This document shows positions 37,850-51,842 of a stretch of DNA of 64,000 bases, piece after piece. The first letter of the stretch is position 1. Each line of letters begins with the position of its first letter. The stretch spans positions 15,686,001 through 15,750,000 of the forward strand of contig OX597826.1 of the NCBI GenBank assembly GCA_951406725.2. Direction: 5' to 3'. This DNA is from Octopus vulgaris. Its lineage: Eukaryota. A model generated the notes under the pieces. It had not been told where the DNA came from. It was given only the letters and a program-made list of their open reading frames with translations, and did no database searches. The position numbers and the translations under genes are program-made.

Positions 37850-38736
37850 GTATATATATATACAGAAAGTGAGTGAGAGAGAAAGAGAGATATGTAGCCC
37901 TAGAACGTACATCACAGACTTATCCATTCTCGCCTTGCACATTTTGTGGATCCATCAAATATGAGAAGCTCGTATACGTTACTCTTTTTAACTGACATTA
38001 GTTTCAAATCCAGGTCAACTATAGATATTTGCAATTCATATTATAATGGTTAATAAAAATGTTTTCAATATGTATTTTTAAAACATCAGAAAAAAACTTT
38101 GATGTTTCTATAAATGCATTTCAAGAAATATGTATTGAATTTTTCATTTCCAAAATAAGTATAATTTATAGATTTTCTAAAATCCTCGCTTCAATTCCTT
38201 GTCAGGTTTATTAAAAAAAAATCAACATTAATATTTAATGTAAGTATAATGTTTAAAAGAAAATCTCTTTTGATATGTTCTAGCTTACATATATTCACTC
38301 TTCATTTGTGTGGAACGTTTAAAAATTTTCGATGACGATGATATGTACACAATTTTCAAATAGTTAAAACATTATTTGGATATGCATATACAAATGCATA
38401 TACACGGCATGAGACAAACACACATTAACTCAAACGTACAAACACAGGAAAGTAAAAACAACAGGCGTACACACACAGACACATACATATATAAATTGTG
38501 CATATGTGCTTCTCTCACCATCTCTTTGAGTTCAGGTTTCTATCTAAAAATAGGATTCCCAACATTTGCAATATAACGAATAAAATAAGGATTTCTTCAA
38601 CGATCAAGTAATATTTGAATGAACTGACTCAGTCTGCTAAGAACGACATATTAAGTATGAAATTTCAATCTCTCACATTAATCATTTCTCTCGGCTTTCA
38701 TTATTATTCTCTTAATCTCGAGTTTTACATTCTGTA

Positions 38737-39990
38737 CGAGGGCCGTTCAATAAGTAATGCCCCTGACCCACTTGCAGTTGCTTGATCTAGCTGCAATTAT
38801 TCATATCTCTATAGATGAAATGGGAAATTACAGCTCTGAACTAATTGTGGTTTCTGATTTACAGGTGTTTGAACTGAGTCAAGTGTGAAATGGAGCCTGT
38901 TCAGTGTCGAGCAGGGATCCGGTTTTTGTATTTCAAAGGACGCACACCACGGGAGACATTTGATGAAATGAAAGTAACTTATGGTGATGATGCCCCATCA
39001 TAACGACCTTGTAAAACGCTGGTATTCTGAATTCAAACATGGTCGGAACTCTGTGGAAACAGCTCCCAGATCTGGTCGCCCCCTTCTGCCATTGATGAGG
39101 CATCTGTCTGTCAAGTGGAGACTGCCATTTTGGAAGATCGATGCATAACTATTCACCAAATAGCCCATGAGGTCAAGATTAGTACCGGGTCTGTGGAAAC
39201 TATTATTCATGACCATTTGCATATGCAAAAGGTGCCTGCCAGATGGATTCCCAGGTTGCTCACACCTATCCAGAAGCAAGAACGCGTCAAGTGCACGAGG
39301 ATGAAATTGGAGATGTGCCAAGAAAATGAGTTAAAACTTTTTAAAAGACTGATTACACAGGATGAAACCTGGGTCCATCACTATGATCCAGAGACCAAAG
39401 CCCAGTCAATGCAGTGGAAGCACCGTGACTCACCTCCTCCAAAGAAGGCAAGGGTGCAGCCCTCCGCTGGTAAGGTCATGCTCACAGTCTTCTGAGACCA
39501 GGACGGAGTAGTGATGACAGATTTCCTGGCAAAGGGTACCACAATTACAGGAGCCTATTATGCTTCACGTTTGAGGAAATTAAGAGAAGCTATCAAAATC
39601 AAGAGGCGGGGCAAGATTCTCCTCCTCTGGTCCACAACTCGCTTGTCGCCTGATCAGATGCACAGGCGTGCGGCTATGAACTCCTCCCCCATCCCCCTAC
39701 TCTCTTGACCTTTGCACCCTCTGATTTTCACCTCTTCCCAGCCATGAAGTTGTTTTTGAAAGGAAAGCGTTTCCCAGATGATGCAGCCTTAATTTCTGAA
39801 GTCACGTCGTGGCTGAAGGACCAATCTGGGGTCTTCTACAAAAACGGTCTCCAGAGCTGCATCAAATGATGGGAGAAATGCGTAACTCTGGGTGGTTCCT
39901 ATGTAGAAAATGTGTAAAAACTGTGCCAAGTTTCTTTGCTCTACTGCTATGGGAAGTGGGTCAGGGGCATTACTTATTGAACGCCCCTCG
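38737..39990 (+). mobile_element. Full-length mariner element (irritans-like), transposase pseudogenised
   Basis: TIRs cgagggccgttcaataagtaatgcccctgaccca / tgggtcaggggcattacttattgaacgcccctcg with TA TSDs; 1254 bp; WIPRLLT and DETWVHHYDPE motifs; stops and frameshifts. Confidence 0.95.
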
Positions 39991-42758
39991 TATATGTCAT
40001 AAGCGTGTAGAAATATTTATTGTTTACTCCCGCTATATTCTTTCAGTAACGCATAGCTTTAAGTAGCTAAACAAGACTCGAATAATTGTCTTCTAAAGTT
40101 TAAGTGTTATAAAATCTATTTAGATGGGTTAGATGATTTAAAAACATTAACAAATCAATAAACCGTATTCTCAGAAGCAATAGAAAATACTGTCCAAAGA
40201 ATTTAATGAACCTAAACCATACGGCGAATGTGCAAAACTACAAACTGCGTGCGTGGACCTCTAAGAAGCATTATTTGCAAGAATCACCATTATTAGCAGT
40301 TGTCACAGTTTTATTATAAAGTAAAATGAGAGAATGATTCATCCACTGATGCTTAGGAATCTCAGTTACAAATATCTGATCTTTGCGTTTACATTATTTC
40401 TTCAGGAGGAATAGTCAGTGGACACCTAACTTAACGGATTTGCTTCCTTATTGACTCCCTTGGCTTTTACTTCTACATTTATGCTTTAACAAAATATCCG
40501 CACTATTTGGTTCCTATGAAAGACATTAATGAAAGATTTATAAGGATCCGTATTATGGTTTCCAAGTCGTTGATGTATGTAAGTAGCATCCATCGTTTGG
40601 ATAGGAATTGTTTTCGCTCCAACTTTCTCGCAACCGTCCCCACCAATCCGGCCTGGTGGAAAGACTGCCATATCTACACAGGACACGACCATGCAATAAG
40701 TTGTAAAGATGACACGTTACTACCATCACTCATGAACCACCTGGGAAGATGTCATGATGAATCTGATAATAAATACACAAATAAAACAATACTGCGTCAA
40801 TACGATATGGAATGCTTAAAACAACAGAATATATATGGTGGATTAAACTTGAAGGTAATAAGTATCTGAGAAGTCGGTATGAATTGGTACAGTTGCATCA
40901 AGGCAGAACAAAATATTATACCAAAAATGTGATGGTGTTGGATTCTTACTCCTTGCTACCTGAAAAAGAATAGGGCTTTTAATGCAACAGGCCCCAACTT
41001 TAACATTGAGAAGTAAAATTAATGCCTCATTATGTCTAGATCATGGCATTGTTTTCAATCGTCAATGGTTACAAGATTAATATCTTACTACTAATGAACC
41101 ATTAAAATGTAGCAACGACTGCTTTAATATTATGTAGATATCATGACAAGCTCACCCACACAACGAATTCAGATAAATTAGTTATCTTCGCTCTAAAATT
41201 ATATTGAACCAATGCACCTAGGTGTTTAAATGTTAGCAACGGATTCTTTGATAAAAGGTGTCAATTTTAAAGCATGTTATATATTCAGCAAAGCGTCAGG
41301 AAACACTGGTGTCCTAACCACCTAACAAAAGTGTAAAAAGAATGGGATGTGAGTGAGAGAAAGAAATAGAGAGAAAGGGAATGAGAGAGAAAAAAGAGAG
41401 CGTAGGAGCAAATTTGCTGGCACGGAATGCACTTAATGTACCTACAGCATGTGTTAAACGGAAGTAAAAAGAAACAAAACTATATATAGAGAGAATTAAT
41501 ATGTACTGATTCCTTCCAAGACTTTGTAGATCGCCACAATTATGTACCTATCACGATATTTACATAACTTTATAATCTCTGACTCATTTATTTGATTAAT
41601 TAGCTCTATTTCAAAATTTCATACATGCGTACTGATGACAATTTTTAACAAGATTACCCCTTGAAAGTATGAAAAATATCTATATTCTTCAAACTTATCC
41701 CTCTAAATCAATGGCTACGATGCTCTCCCACTATTCCTGCTCATGATGAGAGATGCACATATTGTCAGCCATAAATGGACATGTTCAAGAACTTAAGGTC
41801 AAGGAACTGACAAGCAGCTATGAGGTAATGAGCAGAATATTTGCTATAACAATATTTCTGATTCAGCACCTCAGCACTGAATGTGTTTGAAATGCAACGG
41901 AACATAGGTCAGATTAAAAACATTAATGTCCAGCTCACAATAGCAAAGTTTGAAGGGCACGATAGTCATTTCCTATGATTTCTAGATAAAAGCAAGTAGG
42001 AAATAGTACAAATCAAAGACAAGAAAAATAGAAAAAATCTAAACATTGTTACTCAGTGTTATCTGTCGACTGTCTCTGATGATTGCATATCTGACTTCCA
42101 TGTATAACACCTCCGCTGAGTATTCTGTCACACTGTAGACCTGCAAGGTTGCATCTTTTACTTGATTGAACGGGTCATTTTGTAGGATACGATGTCTGTA
42201 AAGAGCGATACGTATAAGACCTGACATCGCCTTCAAACATCTTCACATATTACACACTTGAATACTTGAATCACCTGGTGTAGGCGCACGGACGTTGCTT
42301 TACAAGTGGCTTTCCATGAGAATTTCAACTGAGAATGTCCCATGTTTCGCACGTCCAGCGATTTAGATTCTCATTGATTTGCTGATAAGAGATTTTGGAA
42401 ACAGGCGTTTCAGCGTTTTGTACAGAATGGGACTCTTAAGAATCTTGTCTTATACGTTTCTTCCATTCAACTATTTCGAAAGCTAGCACTTGCCTGTTTT
42501 TTTTTGGGTTTTTTACGTCGATTCGCAAGCATCTTCATGTTGCCTTTTAATAGTGTGTGTGTGTGTATGTATGTATGTGTGCGTGTGTGTGTATGTATGT
42601 GTGCGTGTGTGTGTGCGTGTGGGCATGCATGTGTGCTGTTTAAGTTTGTCCACTTTCTCTGCCGCAAGGAAACATATGTCGATACATTGGTGTTACTGTA
42701 TATCAGAATATCACTTCTCTCATTGTCTCACTTCTCTGTCTGTAATTCTCCCTACATG

Positions 42759-42825
<67 letters not shown>

Positions 42826-43787
42826 AACACACACGCACAAACACATATATTATCCTAATTACTTTTAGGGCTTCTCTGAAAACTGAAAATCTATTTTACG
42901 ACTAAAAGGACGACTGTAATCAAATTTAAGCAATCTATTTTCATAGCGTGACCAAAACAGATATGTAAAACTATATTGCTGGAAATCAATTGGAATTTAT
43001 TGAAATAAATTACAAGCCAAATGATAAATGATATTATTTATTAAAGAATTATTCCGATTAGTTTACAAAATATATTAAAAAATAAGACTTCGTAAACTTT
43101 TGGCATACTTTTAAACATTCCACTGTTAGCGTTATTGTATTCAAAATTATATTGTTGAATTTTCGTGCTTTCTACATCAAATTTCTTGTCTCTGTATAAT
43201 AGACAACTTTCATTCAGAAACACACACACACTCACACACACGCACATAATCTCATAGACACACACACACAGAGGCACGCTCATACACACACCCACGTATA
43301 TCAACTCTCATACACATATATACACACACGCATCTATATATGCATACATTGTTCTGTAAATATTAATTGTAAGCTTCAAACTTAGAATTATTATTTACAG
43401 AATGATGTTCAATCGTCACCGTTTCTCTATTTAATGCAAAACATGCCTATTTACTTGAAGCTTTGTGGCCACGTTGGATGCGTCTATCTTATAAGGTATC
43501 AGGAGTGGAGTAAAGCATTTCAAACAAATCCGTGATACATGAAAAGAGAGACGCGGGGAGAGAAAGAGGGGCAGAAAGAGAGAGTGAAACGGAGGGAGAG
43601 AAAGAGACAAAAGTAATATTGCAAAATTGCTGTGGGGATTGGAGTAACCAACATTACGGACTGAATCCTTCTTCGGAGCAAAATTAGCAGGGATTGAAAT
43701 AAGATAGAGAAGCGAGATTGTTTGAATAACTAGCTGTTAAATGATAAGGAACGCAAATGAATTCAAGCTTCATATGTAGACAGGAAG

Positions 43788-43893
43788 TGGAGGCGCGTAG
43801 CTTAGTGGTTAGGGTATCAGCACTATGATCGTAAAATTGCGGTTTCGATTCCTGGACCGGGCGACGCGTTGTGTTCTTGAGCAAAACACTTCT
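43788..43893 (+). mobile_element. SINE family C head
   Basis: tggaggcgcgtagcttagtggttagg...ggtttcgattcctggaccgggcg. Confidence 0.7.
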
Positions 43894-44704
43894 TGCAGAG
43901 TTTATCCGAACACAGTTGAAAGGAGGGAAATAAGACAAAATAGAATTATTTCGTATCGTCTTGGTTTTAGAAACTTGATTACAAATGAAATGACATCTGT
44001 AATTAACTTCTGCTTTCATCTATATATTGCGTGATTCCACTTATTCTAGGAAACGGAAGGAACAATGTTCCATTTCCAAATTTGGAAATATATCACTGTT
44101 TAAGGGAATATTTTTTTCTTTTGCCATTAGGTCATCGTTTAATTAAACTTATGAAATTTTTTCTGCCTTATAGAATAATGAAGACACTATTATTTTTATG
44201 TTTTGGCATTAACTAATGGGATTTGTTATTATATATTTTCAGTAATTTTCATGATGTATCTGCATGGCTACAAATATTTTTCTTGTAATTGTGTATGCGT
44301 ACTTTGCAGTGGAGATTATCGAATGCAGTATTTACAAATGGAGTAAAGTTCGGATTTGTAAAAGCCATAAATTATTTAAACAATTTCTCTGAAATATTTT
44401 ATTTAATTTTACAATTAAGAGCATTATGTCCTAATTTCAGTTTTCCCCCAAATATTTAAATTTAGTATAATAGCAGAGTTACCATATGGCATGCTCAATG
44501 CAAGCATTCGATAGGTTTTAGCTGGAAATAATATATATAGCGGTAGTAAGATGCAATGCAGGTTGAACCTGCAAAGCGATTAATCCCAAACGGAGTATTC
44601 AATTTATTTCCTTTGTGAAAAGTGTCAAACTATTTTATTGAGATTAGTATATTATATAATATATCAAAGTGCGCATACACTGTATATAATTCTGATAAAG
44701 AAAA

Positions 44705-45342
44705 TTCTCTTCTACTCAAGGCCCGAAAATTTGAGGGAGGGTGCCAATCGATTTGATCGACCACAGACGCAACTGGAACTTAATTTATCGCCCCCGAAAG
44801 GATTAATGGCAAAGTCGACCCCAGAGGAATTAGAACTCAGAAAGTAAAGACAGACGAAAAACCTATTTCTTTATTACCCACAAGGGGCTAAACACAGAAA
44901 GGACACACAAGGACAGACAACCGGATTAAATCGATTATATTGACCCCAGAGCTTAACTGGTACTTATTTAATCGACCCCGAAATGCTTAGTAGCATTTCG
45001 CCTGCCGCTACGTTCTGAGTTCAAATTCCGCCGAGGTCGACTTTGCCTTTCATCCTTTCTGGGTCGATTAAATAAGTACCAGTTACGCACTGGGGTCGAT
45101 GTAATCGACTTAATCCGTTTGTTTGTCCTTGTTTGTCCCCTCTATGTTTAGCCCCTTGTGGGTAGTAAAGAAATAGGTATTTCCTGTGTCTTTACGTTCT
45201 GAATTCAAATTCCACTGAGGCTGACTTTGCCTTTCATCCTTTCGGGGTCGATAAATGAAGTACCAGTTGCGTACTGGTGTCGATCCAATCAACTGGCCCC
45301 TTCCCCCCAAATTTCCGGCCTTGTGCCTAGAGTAGAAAAGAA
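44705..45342. mobile_element. Two dimeric family B SINEs fused head-to-head (long inverted repeat)
   Basis: Minus copy 44705-44983 joined at cgaaa to plus copy 44979-45342; both lack the 5' head. Confidence 0.85.
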
Positions 45343-45580
45343 CATATTTTAAACAAGCAAAGTAGGTACTTATAAAATCTCCGCCCTGTTAACAATAGAT
45401 TGTATAAAAAGGGTGGTTAGTGCTCCACCGATAACCAGCTGGCGGAAAATCTTCCTGGGTTAAACTAGTAGTAACATTCATCAGCCACTTTGATAAGGGG
45501 ACTTGATTTATTATTTAGTATACGTTACCACACTATCACTACATGATATTTTATAGCTAGAATAATATATATATATATAT

Positions 45581-45676
<96 letters not shown>

Positions 45677-47616
45677 CCGCGCCCATATATATGTGTGTAT
45701 GTATAAAAGTACAGAGAATCGCATATTTCTTTGTCATGATTTTCTCTAGAGACAAGTTTGCCAATCAATTTAGAAGCCTAAAACCACTTAGGACAAACCA
45801 ACAAACAAGATATCACTTTTGGCTGTAAATATCATTTCGACATTAAATAACACACCTAAAATCATTGAGTATCGATTAAAAAACACAACTATCATTGAAC
45901 AATATCATATTGATATTTGAAATTATTAATATTATACGTTAAATATATTATTTTTTCTACAAATAAATATTATATTCTTTTATTTACTGTCAGTTATCGT
46001 GTATGAACATATCATTTTATGCATACATCAGCATCGCTAGTGAGCCAACATCACATCAGTAAAAAAATAATTACACCACTAACTATAATCCGTCAGAAGG
46101 AAGGATTAAGCGCATTTTTAAGCCAGAAGACTCTTTATGAAACATTGAGTTCTAGTGCAAATTCAACTGTTTTCCAAAACCTTGTACTAATAAGAACTAC
46201 CAAAAACATGTATGTAGGATCTTTCCATGAAGCCTCTTCCGAGTGGCTTGGCGAATACTACAGCAAGGCAACATTGCGTAGCAGGGTGGAGCGAAAAACG
46301 TTACTTTTAGAAACTATTTTTTATTGCAAAATCCTTTAGAAACAACTGTGAAGCTCTTAAATTTACATCTTCAGACTCCGCAGATCACTTGAAATTTTGA
46401 ATAATTAGCGAAAAATCAATTTATAATACGTTCGCTGGTATTCATTTTAGATTTCACATTCGTTGTTACGCATCGATTTCTTTTTGCGGGAGTGACTAAA
46501 AGGAAGTGTGTTAAAATCTCAAACTCTAAAATTTATATCTTCACACTCCGCAGCGCACTTGACATTTCGAAATTATATGAAATAGGCTTTTCGACTTTAT
46601 TTTCTTAGTCATTTTCAATAATAGTTCACCGAATATACCCTGTCAGCAAAACCATATCGAGCTGATATCAAAATGATTTTGGTACATATTCGGCACCACA
46701 TTGGAAATTGTGTCGGCCTGATTTCGGCCCGATCTCATTTTGAAATCACGGCGCAACATCAGGCCGACATTTTGCCCGATGGTTGGCAGATATGAACTTC
46801 AGGTTCATCAGATGGGAGAATTTGGTCTCTTACATCGGGTTGACATTGGCCCAATGATATAATCATATCAAAGTGACATCGGTCCGATACAAAATCGAGG
46901 TTGGTCAGATGTATGGTTGTTCAACTTGAGAAATTTCAATATTGGCCTGAGCAGATTTTGCCAAATGCCTAATCTGGCTCTAAAATTCATTAATTAAACA
47001 TACATTAATTAAACATTCACACCGGTTCGACATCGGCCACACTTTATGTTCTCCAAGACATTGCACCAATTCCCTGGCATGAATTGCTCTTATTCCAGCC
47101 TCGCCCACCCAGCGTTTGAAAATAACAATGTAATATTGTTTCAATTTTCAGCCAATGAGGACCACCCACTGCTAAAGAGAAACAATATTAAGTTTATTTT
47201 GAAGATATACGTGTATGAGCATCAGTTTACATGGCATGTGTATCGGAATATCTGAAAAATCATGTAGAAACTGTCAGAAAGAAATTAAGAAATGAAAAAC
47301 TCATTTTCCTTTGCAAACATCATTTATTTTATAAACTATAACTTTGAAAAATGGCTACTTACAACAGTAAATCACAACATATGAAAGTTAATAAAAATGA
47401 AGACAAAATATAATGACCAATAAACGCTGTAAACCAAAAATATTTGATTGGTGTTAAGGTCACTTATACAGCTGTGGCATTTTGTGACAAAGCTCAACAA
47501 TCATTCATATCTGCACGTAAAATCTGGTAAATAAAGAGTAACGGCATTCATTTTAGGGTTCGATTTTATGACTTGGAATTTGGAAGATTTGTTAAAAATA
47601 TATGTGTTAAAAATAA

Positions 47617-47682
<66 letters not shown>

Positions 47683-48040
47683 GTAGAAATACGAAAAACA
47701 CATTAAATGTGAAAAATATCATCAATAAATTTGTATTTGAAACCACAGATGGGGGTATTACTTACTAATTTTATGAATGAGTAATTTGAATGGAAGACAA
47801 AACCATGTAATGGAAGCTATTCAGCCTACTCTTTCACGTGCGTCACTAAAATGGACTAGCTTAAAAAATTGAGGTAACCCTAAATGGATTATCTTAATTT
47901 TCAATTTTTGCAGACTCGAGATTCATTGTCAAGAGCAGACTTGTCCAAATTTGATTTACTCTCCTCCTTCGGCCAACATTTCTGTTACTGGTAATCCGAA
48001 ACCATTCTCGAGTCACTAACTCAACCTCTGCTACTGTTAT

Positions 48041-48228
48041 AACCAAATCGGGGATCTCTCACACTGGACGTCTAATTTCGCGTATTTTCGTAAACCTCAT
48101 CAGTGAGAGCCGCCCAGTCGGCTGGTGCTGGAATTAGCCGTTGCCAGCTGATTGGGCGGTTCTCACTGACGAAGTGTACGGATATATGCGAAACTAGACG
48201 TCTAGTCTAACAGGTTATCGATACGGTT
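48041..48228. ncRNA. Palindromic element with two divergent hammerhead motifs (minus 48056-48109, plus 48160-48213)
   Basis: Minus: ctctca-CTGATGA-...-GAAA-ttagacgtccag-TG-tgagag. Plus: ttctca-CTGACGA-agtgta..tatgc-GAAA-ctagacgtctag-TC. Confidence 0.75.
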
Positions 48229-48268
48229 TCTCCCTTTGTCAACCTATGAGTAAACATTTGCATTTTCC

Positions 48269-48351
48269 TACAGTACCAGATGTATTTTAATACTACTTGT
48301 AGCTATGTAGGTGCCTAACCCCAAGATTCCGGGTTCGATTCCAGGCAGTGA

Positions 48352-48407
<56 letters not shown>

Positions 48408-48586
48408 GCAACATCGAAAAATACCTTAGGAATGAGAAACCAGGTTCAAAATTTCCCCGAGACACCTGATGAAGGCTGGAGAGCATATCAATCCAAAACT
48501 TGTGTTAACAACAAACAAGATGAGGACAAATATCCGTCAAATGTAAATAATTTACATAATTCCTCATCTCTTAAATATTGAACTGT
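48269..48586 (+). mobile_element. Short repeat with a tRNA B-box-like segment, (AAT)n and a degenerate hammerhead (48461-48506)
   Basis: gggttcgattcc at 48331; acac-CTGATGA-aggctg...caatcc-aAAA-c-TT-gtgt. Confidence 0.55.
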
Positions 48587-48624
48587 ATATATATATATAT
48601 CACCATCATCATCGCACCTTACTG

Positions 48625-48867
48625 TAGTGATCATCGTGACCGACATCGCTGGACACAATGCGCTTCGCATTGTTTTAACCTTCAAATGACGCAAACAGGC
48701 CAACAGAGTAAGAGAAAGTTGTGGTGAAAGAGTACAGAAGGGGTCGCCACCCTGCCGGAGCCGCGTGGAGCTTTAGGTGTTTTCGCTCAATAAACACTGA
48801 CAACGCCGGTCTGGGAATCGAAACCGCGAGTCCGCTGCCCTAACCTCTGGGTCATTGCGCCTCCACA
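48625..48867 (-). mobile_element. SINE family C (deleted/variant copy)
   Basis: Shares head and body with 22601-22988. Confidence 0.85.
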
Positions 48868-49866
48868 TATATATATATATATATACATATACACACACAC
48901 ACATAGTATCAGAAAGACGATTTTCCCCTAGCCCCTTGGTAATATTTCCACATTTGATTCCCAATTCTAATAGTTTTTTTTTAATATTTTACGCCTAATT
49001 ATTTCTTTGTGCAATAATACTCATTTGCTTAGTAAATATTGCTTTCATTATTTTATCACAGTCACGATCTCGCGCTTCTAAGAAAGCATCACGGTTGTCC
49101 AACAAGAGGGAGTTTCAATTTGTCAAGTTTTACCTTCGCCTCGAAGCAACATAGAGATTACAATTCAGCAGCCCATCAGTAAGAATTGCAGTGTGTATGT
49201 GTGTGTGAGAAAGAGAGGGGATGGGGAGAGCATTACAAACAATGAATGAAGTAAACATGAAATGAAAAAATTGGTATATACAGAAGGGCATTACTACAGA
49301 TGTATATGCCCCCGTTTCTGTTACCTCATAACTTCCAGAAAAATGTGGCTTCAGAGTATGTAGAGATTTGTGGGAAGGAATTTCTTTGAGGGACTGGAGA
49401 GAGGAGTTTTGGAAAATTCCACACGATCTAAATTTTCTCCCTCATAATTTTCAGGAAAATGAGGATCTTGTGATGAAAATTTATACAGGCATAGTTTATG
49501 ATAAAAAAAAAAAATTGTGGGGAAATTTTTTTCGGGGATTTTCCCCATTTTTTAAAACACATCCTTCGAGATTATATGGTTGATGTGGTGCATCTTTCCA
49601 TGAAAAAGTTTTGTAATTTGTTTTTACAACCCTCCTCCCGCATAATCCCATTTCGGACCTATTTTTGCCAATTTTCTTTTTACAATTCAAAACCATTGCA
49701 AGAGAATTTTTGTTGAATACATTTGAAAATAGCTTTTAATATTTTCAGAGGGAAAAGTGAATGATTTAAAGGCGATTTGGCTGTTGTTTGAAGCACATCC
49801 AAATTCACCTGCCTCGTTTCATTATCACTCGCGCATGTATTGTTGCTTTCCAATATTATTCCCCAT

Positions 49867-50016
49867 TACGTTCTGAGTTCAAATTCCACCGAGGTCGACT
49901 TTGCAGTTCATCCTTTCGGGGTTTATAAATTAAGTACCAGTTGCATACTAGGGTCGATCTAATCGAGTGGCCCCCTCCCACAAAAAATTCAGGCCTTATG
50001 CCTGCTGTAGAAGAGA
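49867..50016 (+). mobile_element. SINE family B, 5' truncated
   Basis: tacgttctgagttcaaattccaccgaggtcgactttgc...aggccttatgcct. Confidence 0.8.
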
Positions 50017-50046
50017 ATATTTTCCCCATAATTACATTTATCTCTC

Positions 50047-50403
50047 TCTATATAAACGGCAGTTTGTCTGTGCGTGTTTCTGTGTGTCTGTTTGCTTGTA
50101 CCCTCACCCTGACCACGGCTTTCAACCGATTCTGATGAAACTTGACACACACATAGCCCAATGTCATAATTCAAAACTAACGCAGCGAAAATTTTGAAAA
50201 GTTCCCCCAGTTCTGAAAAAAATCGATAAATTCGACATGGGGTCGAGAATGAGAAACACAAACCACAAACTGTCTAGGGGACGCAACTCCACCTTTTTTA
50301 AATCTCAAAAAAAATTTACCATCATTTTTTGTCTATAACTCTCTAAAAATGCTTTATAGTTATTTCCCTTACAAACCTGAGCAACGCCGGGCGATACTGC
50401 TAG
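50047..50403 (+). mobile_element. Non-autonomous Helitron-like element
   Basis: 5' TCtatatata; 3' GC-rich hairpin cctgagcaacgccggg followed by CTAG|T; 3' end shared with 63526-63600. Confidence 0.7.
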
Positions 50404-50688
50404 TATCCTATAAAAAAGATTTGAGAAATTAGGAATTTTTGATAACCCCACTCACAATCCCACATTATTTCTGTTTAGAAATTAAAATATTGGAGAACCT
50501 GAAAACGTCATTGCTGGAATTTATCCTCAATGATTTTTTAAAATTTATGAAGATTTATTTGCATAGCAAGTGATTTGCTCAGAGATCGTGTGCTGAAACA
50601 AAAACAGTTGCAGTGTGCAAGTTGTTTGAAAACCATTCAAGATTACACAAAAATAGTTAGCTTCACTTCAATATTAAAATTTCGTTTG

Positions 50689-50792
50689 TGTCAAAATATT
50701 TACATCGCTTTGAAACCGTGACCCGACAAAACTTCACAAAAGTGATGCAGCACGAAGTTTTGTCAGTGAACAGGTCGCGGTTTCAATGTCAC
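50689..50792. repeat. Imperfect palindrome, possibly an inverted pair of variant hammerheads
   Basis: ttgaaaccgtgacc-gacaaaacttc ... gaagttttgtc-agtgaaca-ggtcgcggtttcaa. Confidence 0.6.
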
Positions 50793-51345
50793 GGTGGGGG
50801 TAAAAAACCTAGATTACGTTTTATTTAGTTGTTTTTCTTCCACCAGTGGACCACGCGTGTGTTACTTCGGCATCATCACTCCATAAGATATGTTTAATGA
50901 GAGAAATATAAAATATTGAAAAAGCATGAATACATGTGTAATGGAAAAGGGAGGGTGGTCTGGATTGTGCTAGAAACAAAAGCAAAACCTCCCTTGAATT
51001 GTTCACATTTTCTTCAGAAAATATTTGCAATTTGTTTTATTTTGTGGTTTGTTTTTTAGCGAAAAGGCTCCTCCCTTAGTTTTTAAATTTTAAAGGAAAA
51101 TTGCCAAAATCAGTCCGGATAGTTATTATTGTAATGCTTATAGCTTTCCAAACAGCCGTATTAACAAAATCACTTTTAGGTTTAATTTATAAAAATTATA
51201 CGGTTAATTTTCAAAAAATTTCATTCAATAAATAATGTTTTTACATTACGTATACATTAAGACAATAAACTGTCGGTTTTCCAACTAGCGAATTAAAACT
51301 TGAAATACAAACAACAAAAATGAAGGTGAGACTTTACAAATAAAA

Positions 51346-51490
51346 AGTCGGCAAAAGAGACCGATAGAATAAGTACTAGGCTTCCAAAGAATACGTCCTG
51401 GGGTCGAATTGCTCGACTACAGGCGGTGCTCCAGCAAGGCGAGAGTCAAATGAATGAAACAAATAAAAGAGTAAAAAACTAAAGAGTAAA
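51346..51490 (+). mobile_element. SINE family A 3' fragment
   Basis: tcggcaaaagagaccgatagaataagtactaggctt...gaaacaaataaaagagta. Confidence 0.8.
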
Positions 51491-51842
51491 TGCAATGAAG
51501 ATTTAAATTTGTGAATAACTGGATGCAGTGAATTCAATGGATATTTAAATATGCGATAAATTAGAGTTAAAAATACAATAAACTTGAGCAATCGAAATTG
51601 TAGAAAATTTCTCAGGACATCAATTTATAAAAATATTTCCATACGTCAACCCTTTAATAATTACTTTCTTTTAATAGTTTTAGTAATGGTTACATACCTA
51701 ATTAATAATGGATATATATATACACATACATACATATATACATACACACATACATACATATATACATACATACACACATACATACATATATACATACATA
51801 CATACATACATACACACATACATACATATATATATATATATA

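Noticed and set aside
40500-40960. RTE endonuclease remnant (INERFIRIR); similarly weak LINE hints at 42040-42480
   Set aside because: Too degenerate to call.
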